A DNA stretch of 64,000 nucleotides from Octopus bimaculoides (taxonomy: Eukaryota): NCBI RefSeq assembly GCF_001194135.2, contig NC_068982.1, positions 72,639,426 to 72,703,425 of the forward strand. The letters run 5' to 3'. This document shows, one piece after another, positions 12,660 through 25,212 of the stretch (its first letter is position 1; each line of letters opens with the position of its first letter). The position numbers were made by a program, and so were the translations under genes. The notes under the pieces are model-generated. The model worked only from the letters and a program-made list of their open reading frames with translations. It was not told where the DNA came from and made no database searches.

Positions 12660-13110
12660 ACTGCAATATGTAAACATCTGCTGCCAATCTTGAGATAGAT
12701 ATAACCATGAAGAATGTGGAAGAATAAGAACATAAAAAGGCTGTTAAAAAGACAACCATCAAAGTTGTAAAAGAAAATAAAAATATTTCTCTTGATGAGT
12801 ATTTTGAGAGATTCACAAAGGAGTTGGTGTTGTATAAAGACCTGGGGAAAGGAAAGACAGACAGACAGAGAGTCACCTGGTGGTTGTCCAAAATCAAGCA
12901 GCCACACTTGGTAAAGAACTAAGTTTTCCAACTTGGGAGACTTGCCTCCACTCGCTGCTTCAGAATGAAAACACTGAATGTGACCTACTTGCAAATACTA
13001 ACCAAAAGGGGTTATCAATGCCAGTGTAATGAAGTGTGCTCCTATCTCTTTTGGATTCTATATCGAAAATAGGAATTTCACCAAAGTGATGTCAGATTGA
13101 AATTGAACAG
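12660..13110 (+). pseudogene. Decayed L1/Tx1-like ORF2 C-terminal (zf-RVT-like) remnant
   Basis: KN*VFQLGRLASTRCFRMKTLNVTYLQILTKRGYQCQCNEVCSYLFWILYRK*EF loosely matches K..VFQ......T...F.MK....C..C..E...HLFW.C....EF. Confidence 0.3.
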
Positions 13111-13124
13111 GCACAAGAATATCA

Positions 13125-13345
13125 TCATCATCATCATTGATTTAAAATTTTGGTACAAGGCCAACAATTTTGGGGGAGGGAATAAATTAATTACATCAGC
13201 CTCAGTGCCCAACTGGCATTTATTTTATTGGACCCGAAAGGATGAAAGGCAAAATCGACCTTGGTGAAATTTGAACTCGGAATGTAAAGACAGATGAAGG
13301 GCCACTAAATATTTTGCTTGATTCTGCCAGCTCATCATTATTATC
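13125..13345 (-). mobile_element. SINE family F2
   Basis: GACCCGAAAGGATGAAAGGCAAAATCGACCTTGGTGAAATTTGAACTC...GATTCTGCCAGCTC. Confidence 0.8.
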
Positions 13346-14749
13346 TTGGTGAGAATATACCCCACTCGTTAGCATCAAAGCTGGTGGTGAGAAAGAAAAC
13401 AGAGTGCTGAATGAACTCACTGGGGAAAGACAAGTGGTTTTGTGATTCAGAGAGAGACAAGATGGAATTGTCTCACAGGAGAACTGATGAGTTGACATTA
13501 AGCAAGGATGGATACCTTTAATTTCCTTTTCTAGACATCAATTTTAGTTGTCGGGAAGTGGGGGATATTATTTGTTTTTGAAAGAGAAGGTATACAGAGA
13601 AAATGTCACAAGAAAAATATGTAATAATGTCTTGTAAATGCAGTTTTTACATGTGTTGTTAGAGAATTAGTTTTGGATTAAAAAAATTTTTTTCATTTTT
13701 CAAAATAAAAAACAAACAAACAAAAACAGACCCCCACCCCACCCCGGCAAAAAAAACTACAATGTATTCATCTCATTAATATAATAACCTTGATAATTAG
13801 AAGTTTCATGTTGGAATATTGAATAATTACAGCAACTACAATAGAACTCTTTAGAGATATTGTTCTATGCCTTTCTTTAACACAAACAGAAACAGTGTCA
13901 GGTGGGATGGGAGGATGGGAGAAGGATGAGAGAGAGAGAGAGAGGAGGAGGAGGAGGAGGGAAGAAAGTGAAAGTAAGATACTGTTGTAGGTGGATCTGC
14001 AAATTTTGTAATTTCTTTAATATTCTCGCTCTTCCTTCTTTTTTTTTATACAGATGTAGGGGGACTAATGCAGTTGTGTAAACACAATGAAGATGTTCTA
14101 TGTGTTGTTAATAATAATAATGATGATGATGATTACAAGAAGAAAAGCAAAGAAGAAAAGAAATCACCATCCTCGATCTTGTGGTTAATGAAAAAAGCAT
14201 TATCATCATACCCTTGAATATTCTGTCGACCTTTGTAGTTAATAAAAGAAATGATGATGATCATCATCATCAGGTTGCTGCTGCTCTTCATTATCTTGCC
14301 AGCCCATATCTCAGTCACACACCCTTTCAGCCAAACCAAACCAAACCAAATCAAACCAAACCAAACTGCACCTAATAAACAAACAATTTCAGCTTCCATT
14401 TTTAGCAATTATCCTAGCCAAGAAAAAACAAAAAAAAAAAGACCCAAAAAAATCCCTCCATAATCCCCTACCCATCTATCAGAAAGAAAAACCTAATGGG
14501 ACCCCCTCCAGTCAAAAAAATCCTCCTCTGCTTGTCCCTTTAAAAAGCTGCTACACCAAAGCTTGATTCTATTTTATTGTCTTTCACAACAACAATCACA
14601 CAACCACTGGTTCTATCTCCAATAGAAATTACAGTAGAACATAGCCAGTTGCCATTATACCACTGTTAGTTAAAATGCCACTTTGAAGTAAATGTGATGC
14701 ACATAACAGGTACGTACAAAAACAAAAAGTTAACATATTAATATTATTG

Positions 14750-15442
14750 ATTATAATAATAGCTTTGAATTTTGTCACAGGGCCAGCGAGGTCGGGAGTG
14801 GAGGCTAGAGGATTATATTCACCCCAGTGCTCAAGTTATACTTATTTTATTGACCCTGAAAGCATGAAAAGCAAAGTCGACCTTGGAATTTGAACTTAGA
14901 ACTTAAGATTAGATGATATACCATTAAGCATTTTGCCTGGCAGGATAACGATTCTGCAAGCCCACTGCTCTAATAATAATAATAATCCTTTCTGCGATAG
15001 GTACAAGGCCTGAAATTTGGGAGAAGGGGGTGCTAATCAATTACATTGACCCCAGTGCTCAACTGGTACTTATTTCATCGACCCTGAAAGGAAGAAAGGC
15101 AAAATTGAACATGACAGAATTTGAACTCACAATGTAAAGACAGACGAAATGCTGCTGAGCATTTTGCCAGCTCACTGCCTTATAAAGCTATAAGTAATAA
15201 TAATAATAATAATGATAATAATAATAATAATAATAATAATGCTTTCTACTAAAGGCACAAAGCCTGAAATTTGGTGGGAGGGGGCTAGTCAATTACATCA
15301 ACCCCAGTGCATAATTTATCAACTTCGAAAGGATGAAAGGCAAAGTTGACCTCAGTGGAATTTGAACTCAGAGCATAAAGACAAACGAAATGCTGCTAAG
15401 CATTTTTCCCGGCGTGTAATCATTCCACCAGCTTGTTGCCTT
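14750..15442 (-). mobile_element. Head-to-tail trimer of SINE family F2
   Basis: Three same-orientation copies (about 14750-14970, 14971-15181, 15196-15442) separated by (AAT)n tails. Confidence 0.85.
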
Positions 15443-15469
15443 AATAAAAAACATAATAATAATAAAATT

Positions 15470-15666
15470 GAAGAAGCAAGAAGAAGAAGCAAGAAGAAGA
15501 AGAAGAAGCAAGAAGAAGAAGAAGAAGAAGCAAGAAGAAGAAGCAAGAAGAAGAAGAAGAAGAAGCAAGAAGAAGAAGAAGAAGCAAGAAGAAGAAGAAG
15601 AAGAGGAAGCAAGAAGAAGAAGAAGAAGAAGAAGAAGCAAGAAGAAGAAGAAGAAGAAGAAGAAGC
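15470..15666. repeat. Compound (GAA)n / GCAA(GAA)n purine-rich tract
   Basis: About 195 bp of GAA repeats punctuated by GCA; explains ORFs 15352-15784. Confidence 0.95.
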
Positions 15667-15984
15667 CAATAAACAAAAGCCAGACATTTGGACAGACATA
15701 TGTAAACTGAGTAAATTCAGCGCCACACAGTCAAATAAATTTCTGAGCAGACTTAGACGAAGAAAGAACAACTTGGTCAGGTAAACAAGATGGATATCTG
15801 ATCCTGATCTCTAATTCTTTTGATTCTTCATCTATTTAGGCTATTTGGTTTTTCTTCTATTTTTACTGCTCTTCAAGGTCTTTATATAATATTAAATGTG
15901 TGGTTTCTTATCTGATTCATAACCAAAAGACCAAAAAAGGGAAAAAGATATTGATATGTTGCAGACTGTCTGTTTAAATCAATC

Positions 15985-16378
15985 ATTTTTAAAATCTTGT
16001 GGCCATGCTGGGGTTACTGCCTTGAAGGGCTTAGTTGAATAAATTGACTCCAGTACTTTTTTTCTTTTTTAAGTCTGGTACTTATTCTATCAGTTTCTTT
16101 TGATGAACTGCTAAGTTAGGGGAACATAAACAGACCAAAACTAATTGTCATGCAGTAGCATGTTCACAAACACAGACAAAAAATACATGTACATGTGTAT
16201 GTGTGTGTGTATTGGATGGGCCTCTACATAGTTCCCATCTACAAGATTCATGCAAAAGGTAGTGGTTACCTGGTGCTATAGTAGAAGATTCTTACTCAAA
16301 GTACAGTGCAATGGGACTAAACCTGAATCCATATGGTTACAAAGCAAGCTTATTAACCACACAGCCATGCCTGCATCT
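15985..16378 (-). mobile_element. SINE family F1 (tail A), near full length
   Basis: Reverse complement of the layout at 61979-62342. Confidence 0.75.
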
Positions 16379-16594
16379 AATGGCAAGAGTTTATTTTGCT
16401 TTTAAAACTGAAGATTTAATTCTCTAAGGAGAAATGGAATGACAGAGTGGATACAATAACAAAACATTTAATGTCTTGAACTCCAATCTCCTGCTAGTAT
16501 TTTGCTATGTATTTGAATACAATTCTACTTGCACAAAATTCATCTAGCTGTTGGGAATAAGTACTAGAATATCCTGAAGTATTGACTCAGCTAA

Positions 16595-16797
16595 CCATTT
16601 TGCTATCATATTTCTGTCAAAATACATTGCTTTTGTTACAATTAATTCTGAAAATAATGGAGAATGTCATAATCAATCTGGTGTCTGGTATTCAAATTAA
16701 CATGAAATTTTGTCATATGGTTTTAATTTAGACCATTTTAGAAAAAGTTGGTATTATAGAACTAAGAACAGTCTCAAGCGGGTTGATATTTGAAGGA
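16595..16797 (-). mobile_element. piggyBac-like MITE family B, single-module copy
   Basis: CTAA|CCATTTTGCTATCATATTTCTG ... GATATTTGAAGGA|TTAA; reverse similarity to 6535-6742 and 58640-58866. Confidence 0.6.
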
Positions 16798-17169
16798 TTA
16801 AGGTGGTTCTTCTAAAAAATTGGGAAATTTGTTTCATCAATTTAATGCAATAAAACTGGAGGCCTTTAAAAGCCCCTTGAAGCATAGGAATAATTTAGAA
16901 GATTTTCTATATTTACACTGTTCATATTCCTCAGTTGAGATAACTATGGTAAGTAGGCACCAGATTGTCTGAAAAATGTTATGTGATATCATACTACTGA
17001 AATCTTAAGTGAAACTTTGGCCTTTGACATCTGGTTTTGTCAGAATGCATACAGTATAAAAATATGAATTTTGGCAATTTCAGATGTTTCTGCATGTTGG
17101 ACTAGGCACACTTATATTTGTAATTCTATTTTCACAGGTAAACGATGACCCTCATGGCTATCACTGAAT

Positions 17170-17745
17170 GTCATCATTATCATCACCATCATCATCATCG
17201 TTTAATGTCTGCCTTCCATACTGTAACTGGTTTGGCAGGATTTTTACAGCTGGATGCCCTTCCTAACACCAACCACTCAGCAGAGTGGAATTAGTGATTT
17301 TTATGTAGCACAAGCACAGGCAAGCTCAGTTTTGGCAAGGTTTTTACAGCTGGATGCCCTTCCAAATGCCAACCACTTTACAGTGTGTACTGGGTGCTTT
17401 TAAGTGACAGGGTCACCAAGCACTTGCAAGACAAAAAAATCTCTTTTGAGAAGTGGGGGTGGGGGCACTGGAGGTGATCTTGTGTCAGATGATGAAAGGT
17501 TATAGTGAGACTTGCTGTAGAGGAGGGACAAGGTTACCCAGCTGGGGCGGGGGGAGATCAAGAATGAAGACAGAAACAGGTGCGCTGCCACAAAGGAAAT
17601 ACACAGTTACCCGAGCTGAGAGAAGTGCAGGAGAAGGAGAGAGAAAGAGAGTGGGAGACAACAGAATAGAAATGGTGGCAAAGTGCCAGGCATACTCACA
17701 AGGGATGGGAATCAGAATATAAATGGGATGGCTGAGTAAAGGAAG
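17170..17745 (-). mobile_element. RTE-tailed non-autonomous retroelement fragments
   Basis: Two GCTGGATGCCCTTCC tails followed by a purine-rich body shared with 57920-58330 and 23080-23220. Confidence 0.6.
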
Positions 17746-18891
17746 AGAGAGATGAATAAAATATCATGTCTATCTACACAATACAGTGACCAACTCAATT
17801 TCTATTTCTTCGAGCAACTGCAATCAAGATGCACTCCACCACACTGTAGTGTGAGTCACTGTCCCTGATTAGCTTTGGTAGGTCCTAAGTTTCAGGTTGT
17901 CTCTTTGTCTCTCTCTTTCTCCCTCTCTGCTGATAATATCAATATAGTTGAGTGGTCTTTTTCTGCTATTAAGGTGTGGAAATCTCTGAAATATAACATC
18001 CAATAAGGTTTGATGTTTAGAAGGATAGAACTGGCCTGCAAAGACTACACTGTTTTTATTAGCAATAGCAGAGATGGTTGGAAATGTTTCTATAAAATCT
18101 CCTCTTTGGTCTGGCATTCAGGCCATGAGAGGTTTTGAACTTTTCATGAGCTTCCTTCTTGAAACACATGAACAAAAGAATTTTAAAAAAATCTGTGCCA
18201 CAGCAGATTTAAATTTAGAAGGTATGGCGCTGTGGAATTGTCTGGACAAAATAGCCTTATAAAAGGCTAAGAAAATTAATCTAACACATTTCAAGATGAT
18301 CTAAATGCAATGATTTCTAGTGCCCTCACTCAACCATCTCTAAAGGAATGTAACAATTCATTTGCTCACTAATGAGCAATGTTAAATATGACTAAACATA
18401 ATTGTGGAACACACAATACAAAGCAGTCTGCAATGAAGGAGTGCTCCCGTATGATCTCAATTGAGGTACCTAAAATGAACTAAAGAGCCATCTGTAATAG
18501 AGGAAATGTTGACTCAATACTCTAGTGTTAAGTCACACCCACATCACTTTGGAATCTGAAATATTAATGCTTTATTTCTTTTTATTTAGGTTTACACATG
18601 CTATTATGTCCACATGCACACACACACACACATCTTTTGATTTCTTTCTTTTAAACACTCCCATTTTTTTGTGAGAAAACAGTTACGTTATTCAACCACA
18701 GCATAATGCTACTGTTAGTTTATTAACCTTGGATAAATGAATATAAAGACTGGCCTAAAGAAAGTGTTGGTTTAAAAACTAACAGCACAAAACATATTGA
18801 TCGGTTTTCTGCCACACATGTACACTCAGAAGCAGACATACACAATTCTCTCTCACTCTACATACATACAAATATTAAAATCTGTGGAAAT

Positions 18892-19535
18892 ATCATCATC
18901 ATCATCATCATCGTTTGACGTCCGTTTTCCATGCTGGCATGGGTTGGACGGTTTGACTGAGGTCTAGAGAATCAGTGGCTGTACCAGGCCCCAATCTGAT
19001 CTGGCAATGTTTCTACAGCTGGATGCCCTTCCTAATGCCAACCACTCAGATAGTGTAGTGGGTGCTTTTTACGTACCACCGGCACAGGAGCCAGTCAGGC
19101 AGGATTGGCATTGATCACGTTCAGATAGCACTTTATACGTGCCACCAGCATGGGGGCCAGTCAGGGGGTACTGGCACTGGCCACATTTGGATGGTGCTTT
19201 TTACGTGCCACTGGCATGGGAGCCAGTCAAGGGGCACTGGCCACAGCTATGATATTGGTTTTACTTGACTCAACAAGTCTTCTCAAGCATATCATATCAC
19301 CTGACGCATCAGGGGTATTCTTCTCAATCACAGCATATCACCAAAGGTCATGCTTCACCACTTCATCCCATGTCTTCTAGGGTCTACCTCTTCCACAGTT
19401 TCCTTCCACAGTTAGGGAGTGGCACTTCTTCACACAGCTGTCCTCATCCATACGTAACACATGACCATACCAGTGCAGTCGTCTCTCTTGCACACCACAT
19501 TTGATGCTTCTTATGACTAACTTTTCTATCATTTG
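18892..19535 (-). mobile_element. 5'-truncated RTE-clade LINE (ORF C-terminus and 3' UTR)
   Basis: EKLVIRSIKCGVQERRLHWYGHVLRMDEDSCVKKCHSLTVEGNCGRGRP* is the RTE C-terminal RRLxWxGH...RGRP motif; (GAT)n tail. Confidence 0.9.
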
Positions 19536-20643
19536 TTCCTTTCTAATGGGCAGAATCAGCATATGAGGTGTATGAAACAAACAACTCTAACTCTTCTTTA
19601 TAAACATGTTTTACGGTCATTTTCTGATGAACAACGCTGTAGTTTCCGTCTACAAAATTCAGTCACAAGTCTGTGGTTGACCTATGGCTATAGTAGGAAA
19701 CACTTGCCCAAAGTACCATGGAAAGGGGCTGAATGTGGAACCATGTGGTTGAGAAGCAAACTTTTCAGCTACACAGTCATTCTTGCACCTCATTTGTGTG
19801 TGTGCATACATTTGTTGTTAAATCAAGTTTTGTGTCCCACTATGTCTCAAAGGTAGCGATTCATTAAACAGAGATCTATAAAATAAATGCCAGATTGAAA
19901 TACGTATTGAGACCAGTATCATCAATTAAATTTTTGAAGGTGATACTATATCATGGCGATATTTGAAAGACTAAACCAACTAAAATAATGTTTAAAGACT
20001 AAATGGCTTAAAATTCAAGGTAACAGATTATTGACCACAGGATAATGAGTTCAAAAACTTTGTATTGAACTCCCACTCTATACGATAACGCTATATGTAC
20101 ATCTCAGTCTGCTTGACTTCCAACAATTAACAATTGTAATTTGAAGTTGAATGGTTAGCAGCAAGAAAGATGTCCAGATTTCTTTAAAAATTATTGTGCA
20201 AAATATTCTGTTTTCTATGGTAACAGTATTAAGTAACATTCCTTAAGAAATGAATCTTATGTCTCGAGCAAGTCTTTTCATTTCCTACTACTTTAGTATA
20301 CTCAGTGAACTATGCTACTATTTCTCCACCCAGCTGTCGCATCCTTGATGTTCTGTTTGGTTAAGGATGGGAAGGCTATTAGGATATCTCAGTTCATGAC
20401 ATCCAAAACATGTTACCAGGTCATACTCACTAATCAGTAAGGTTGTGGAGTATAGCTATGTGTGATACAAAGAATTCACACACACACAAGCATGCATAAG
20501 ATTTATAGGATCACTACATTTTGCTGCTGTCAACATTGGACCAGCACAGTCCTGTTTTGTTCCCTTAAATTTCAGTGACAGGAAGTTCTTGCATTTATGA
20601 CTTTTTCCAAGGACAGAATTCATGTAAGAAATGAGTGCCTTAA

Positions 20644-20858
20644 CCCTTTCACATTCAGATTACCCTGTTGGATGTAATGCTTAGACTGTCACATTGTTCT
20701 GAATTAATCATGCATTATCTTGTAGCTTCCAGATTTTGACAATGTGATTGTTTATTTTTAGAATGGCATCGTAGGGTAGGTGTGAGAGGTAGAATCTTGT
20801 TGAAAATAACACAGGTGGAGTATTTTGGCCAGAAATGACTGGTTTAAATGCTAAAGGG
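20644..20858 (+). mobile_element. piggyBac-like MITE family A
   Basis: TTAA TSD at 20640-20643 and 20859-20862; ends CCCTTTCACATTCAG ... TTTAAATGCTAAAGGG. Confidence 0.8.
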
Positions 20859-21431
20859 TTAAAACTCCTTCTTCACTTCCCATAAAATGGTAATCATCAC
20901 TATCAATTCATACAAATAGTTAAGAGATTTCTTTTTTTCCTATAGCAAGAAACTATGTTAACTTCAGAATGTTTTGTTTTGATTCTCTGGGCCCTGAATC
21001 CAAATCCTGCCAAAGTCAACTTTGTCCAGAATCTTTATACTCTGAGTTAAAAATATCCTGCCATAGTCTACCTGGTTGGTAGACTTAATCCATTACCTGG
21101 TTTAACAGTACCAAATTGGTTAAACATTACTTACTATACCAGGGATATAACAAGAATCCTTGAGACACAGTTAACCTTGAGTTGATCTTATTTACTTACA
21201 ATATAAATAGGTGGTAATTTCATCTCAAGTATCAAACACTTTGGAAGAATTAAAAGCTGACAGGTAACAGCATCACTGATGGGGCTCTGTAAACAACACA
21301 AATATCAATCCAACTCATTGATGATCCATTTACTTCATTGCATCTACTGGAAATAGATGTAACACACCACTTCATAATTTGTATCAAAGCAAAGTAATGA
21401 ATGAAATCATTACATAACTAATATATTGGTT

Positions 21432-21690
21432 GTGGAAGCACATGGTCTTGTGGTTAGGGTGTGTTGCACTCATGATCAAACAATTGTAGTTTCGATTCTC
21501 AGCCTCAGCAGTGCATTGTGTTCTTGAGAACAAAAACACTTCATTTCATGTTATTGCAGTCCACTCAACTGCAAAATGAGTAACCCTGAGACAGACTGAC
21601 ATCCCATGCAGGGGCAATGTTGTTATTTTGCTACTTACACAGCATGGAAACTGGGTAACTGGCTCTACAAATCCTAGAACTTGAAACAAT
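21432..21690 (+). mobile_element. tRNA-derived SINE family F4 (CORE-like)
   Basis: A-box TGGTCTTGTGG, B-box GTTTCGATTC, TGTGTTCTTGAGAACAAAAACACTTCATTTCA; reverse copy at 51340-51590. Confidence 0.7.
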
Positions 21691-22406
21691 ACATTACTTA
21701 CTTTTACTATATTGATACATTTGATTCTAGTACTTTGAGAAAGAAAAGTAGGAAAGCAGCACAAGGTGGTGCAGGTAATACACACACACACACACACACA
21801 CTTGCTCACTCGCTTAGAATTAAGTGGTTCAGCATGAGGATTTCTGGATAATTCAGTAATAGGGATCACATAATATTTCATTCTATTATGGAAATTTGCG
21901 ATCAATATTTTCATATTTTAGAAATACCTTTGACAGTTTTCTGTTTAATATCTACCAATGATATTTCCAAAGGAAATGGATTCGTCTTTCTAAAGTGGAC
22001 TAAATGTAGAATAAAGGACCAAGATCAAAAGAATCTACTATTTTTTTTTTTTTGTGATGTATTAATTCAAAAACATAAAGAAATAAAAAAATAAAGTGAA
22101 CATGAAGGAACACTTAAGAAATTCTTGTATGCTAGAAATCAGTTGCATCGTTCATTGATCTAAAAGTGTTCTAGCAAAATCAGTTATGATTTCCATCATC
22201 ATCTGAGGCAAGTTGTGCCGTAAAGCACAAATACTTAGACAGAGAGAGAAAGGGAGGGAGAGAGAGAGGTGGGGAGAAACATTGGAGGAAGGCATTTGAA
22301 ATATATTTGGATGGTACAAAAAATCTGGGGTATCAAACATAAGACCCATGGGCTGGATCTCACCCACAGCAGTGCTTAGTCCAGTCCCTGGCCCCCCCTC
22401 TTCTTC

Positions 22407-22444
<38 letters not shown>

Positions 22445-22446
<2 letters not shown>

Positions 22447-22710
22447 TGGTGAGCTGGCAGAATGGTTAGCATACTGGGCAAAAATGCTTAGTGGTATTTC
22501 ATCCATTGCTACGTTCTGAGTTCAAATTCCGCCGAGGTCGACTTTTCCTTCCATCCTGTTGGGGGTCAATAAAGCAAGTACCAGTGAAACATGAGGGTTG
22601 ATGTAATTGACTAGTCACCTCCCTACAAATTTCAGGCCTTGTTCCTTTAGTAGAAAGGATTATTATTATCATCATCATCATCATTATTATTATTAGTATT
22701 ATTATTATTC
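22445..22710 (+). mobile_element. SINE family F2, well preserved
   Basis: AGGTGGTGAGCTGGCAGAATGGTTAGC head, GAGTTCAAATTCC B-box, GGTCGACTTTTCCTTCCATCC core, (TTA)/(ATC) tail. Confidence 0.85.
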
Positions 22711-24699
22711 AACATTTGGTAGTTTCAGATAAATTTCTACTGCATCACATGCTACACCACTATGTTGCTGGGGTGTGTGTGGTATTGTATGTTACTTTTT
22801 TGTTGTTGTTGGGAGAGTGCGAACTCTTCCCGGTATTGTATTGCATCAGTTTGTTTTGTTATGGGGTATGGTTGCAGTCTTTTTTTTTGTATTGGTGTTT
22901 GTATTGTGTGTTGTGTGTATAAGGTGAGCTGTGTTCTTCTGTTGGGTAGTTGGCTCATTGGTAGTTGTTTATTTTATTGGATATTTCCTATATACACTGT
23001 GGCTTGTGTTTATGGATTGTTCTGTTTGGGCTATATTATTAAATTGATAGTGTCTTATTATTTAATATCCTTTTTCTAAGCTGGTAGCAGGGCTGTATTG
23101 TTTCAATGGCCTGATGCCCTTCCTAACATTAACAACCTTACAGTGTGTACTGGGTGCTTTTTTCATGTCACCAGCATTAGTGAGATTGTCAAGGAACTTG
23201 CAAGGTAAGGAAAGAACAGGAGGGAGATATTTTTTAATTGTGAAATATTCTGTAAAGGATGTATATCACAAGCATACATTTTTGAAAATTGGAACCTGAC
23301 TGGAGTTATAACCAAAACGAGTTCTAATTGATGAAATCAGTAAATCTTTGAGAATTTTTTGTTATTTCCACCTATGGAATAGAAACTTATGATATACAGT
23401 AAAATGTCTATAGATGCTGAGCCAAATGGAAGTTGAACAGAGATTTTTAGGAACCTGCAAGATCTAGTTTATGCTTCAGTTCAGTTCACAAAATGAAACA
23501 ACTTTGGACACCCTGGTATAGACACCCTGCTCTGTCAGTAAGAGAGAGGATTAGGTCAGGCTGAAGGGGAAGAGACACAACGCACTTTGCCAGCAGGGAG
23601 ATCAGATAGTATTTTTGTCCTACAACGAAATACAGAAATATTGAGCTAGAAGATAAAATAAAGTCACTAGAACTGGTGGGGCTATTTTGTCAGCTTGAAT
23701 TGGACTGGCGGTAAAAATAGATTTGTATGTTGGCGTTGCATATTTCTGTGAGACACAGAGATTAAAGTTTCATGAGGAGCCCTGTGTCAGAAAGGAATGA
23801 TCTTCAGGATGTTGACCACTTTTCATTTCAAACCACCTTTATCCTACTTTTTTTATATCACCATTTCTTTTCCCTAACATCAACTTTTCTAGTCGTTTTT
23901 ATATAGATAAATTAGTTTTAGTTGAAACTGAAACTATATGTATGTATATGTGTGTGTGTGTGTGTGTGTATTCTGATAAACAAACAAAAAAAGGTAAGAT
24001 GAATGCCGTGGGAAAGTTGGTAGAAGATGATGTTTTAAGATTAAATCTTAGTTAAAACATCAAGTGACCTTGAAATCCTCTGCTCTCCAATTTCTCACAG
24101 AGGCAAACTTGTCTTTTTCTCATAATAATATTCCTTTTTCTTCTTTGTTTTTGTTTTTTTTTTAATTTTCCATGATAGCTTTCCTGCTGATATAGACTAG
24201 ATTTGTTTTGTTTTAATTCCATTCACACACACACCCGGTTTGCAATTTGATCAACTAGTAAGTAGTACTACCAACTTACCACAAAATGTTTTACTATAAT
24301 ATTTGTACAAGCTTTAGTACTAGAAAGACACTGAAATAAAAAAAAGCCTACTGCTTGGTGTATTTATTAATGATGGTTGCACAAACCATTTATATAGAAA
24401 TAAGCTTAGCTTAGTTGAGCTATTACCCACCAGAGACTATGACCTGGTAGCTTTTCTTATGCATTTGCTAGTTGTTCTAGTTACCTATGCTATTGCAAGC
24501 AAACATAGACATACACTCAATGCTCCCACCCTTAACCCAGTGGAACACAAAAGATATAAAAGCTGGACGGAGAGAGAAGTGGTACTAATTTCCAGCTGAG
24601 TAGATACAAGGAAAGGTATTTAATCTCTACTGCCCATATAGAGTACAGCCCTTCCTTGTTGGTCACGCAATCTCAGTTGTTACCCAACACCATCAAATT

Positions 24700-25075
24700 T
24701 GGTTACTCCCACATAAAGACTAAACAATGACTCAGCTACTGACTTGTGTCAACGTTTCACCCTACCACATGTGGTACTCAATATAAAGAACTGATGTCAC
24801 TGTATATACTATGCCCCAGACTGCTGCCAAAGTAACACCCAACATCCTGGCATCATCCTGTCTGAACAGTGGCTTAAAAATAAAGAAAATAGCTGGTGTT
24901 GCTTTGATAGCATTAATACCACATGACCTGAGCTGACCAATAGGGATCTAAACATCTAGAAGTTATCTTGAATTTCTCTCAAACCTTTCACTCTGCCTCC
25001 TAGGATCTGATGAGGTGGGCATGTCCTATGTGCCCACAAAACTTTAAGGTACATGAAACTGAGTCAAACTTATTA
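24700..25075 (+). mobile_element. Decayed Penelope-like element 3' end (GIY-YIG endonuclease remnant and pseudo-LTR)
   Basis: Fragments TCGTQY and EQWLKNKENSW...INTT*P....DLNI resemble the GIY-YIG C..CG.QY(IG) and R..RE..W...L.T..P.GLN motifs; followed by a hammerhead motif. Confidence 0.5.
25003..25055 (+). ncRNA. Type-I hammerhead ribozyme motif (G12 mutated to A)
   Basis: CTGATGA (25007-13), G, stem II GTGGGCA/TGCCCAC (7 bp), AAAA in place of GAAA, self-complementary stem III ACTTTAAGGT (25041-50, two G.U pairs as a dimer), GTA cleavage triplet. Confidence 0.65.
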
Positions 25076-25120
25076 AAAATATCCAACTCCAACCAAATAT
25101 GCTGGGTGCTACATTTATTT

Positions 25121-25162
<42 letters not shown>

Positions 25163-25172
25163 NNNNNNNNNN

Positions 25173-25212
<40 letters not shown>

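Noticed and set aside
15352-15784. Lys/Glu/Arg-rich and Phe/Leu/Ser-rich ORFs
   Set aside because: Produced by the stop-free GAA repeat and a SINE.
17869-18117. Minus-strand FPTISAIANK resembling a hAT dimerisation domain
   Set aside because: Only a partial motif; the following ERxFS signature cannot be recovered convincingly.
23300-23530. GGACACCCTGGTA resembling a Tc1/mariner right TIR
   Set aside because: No matching left TIR or transposase similarity found nearby.
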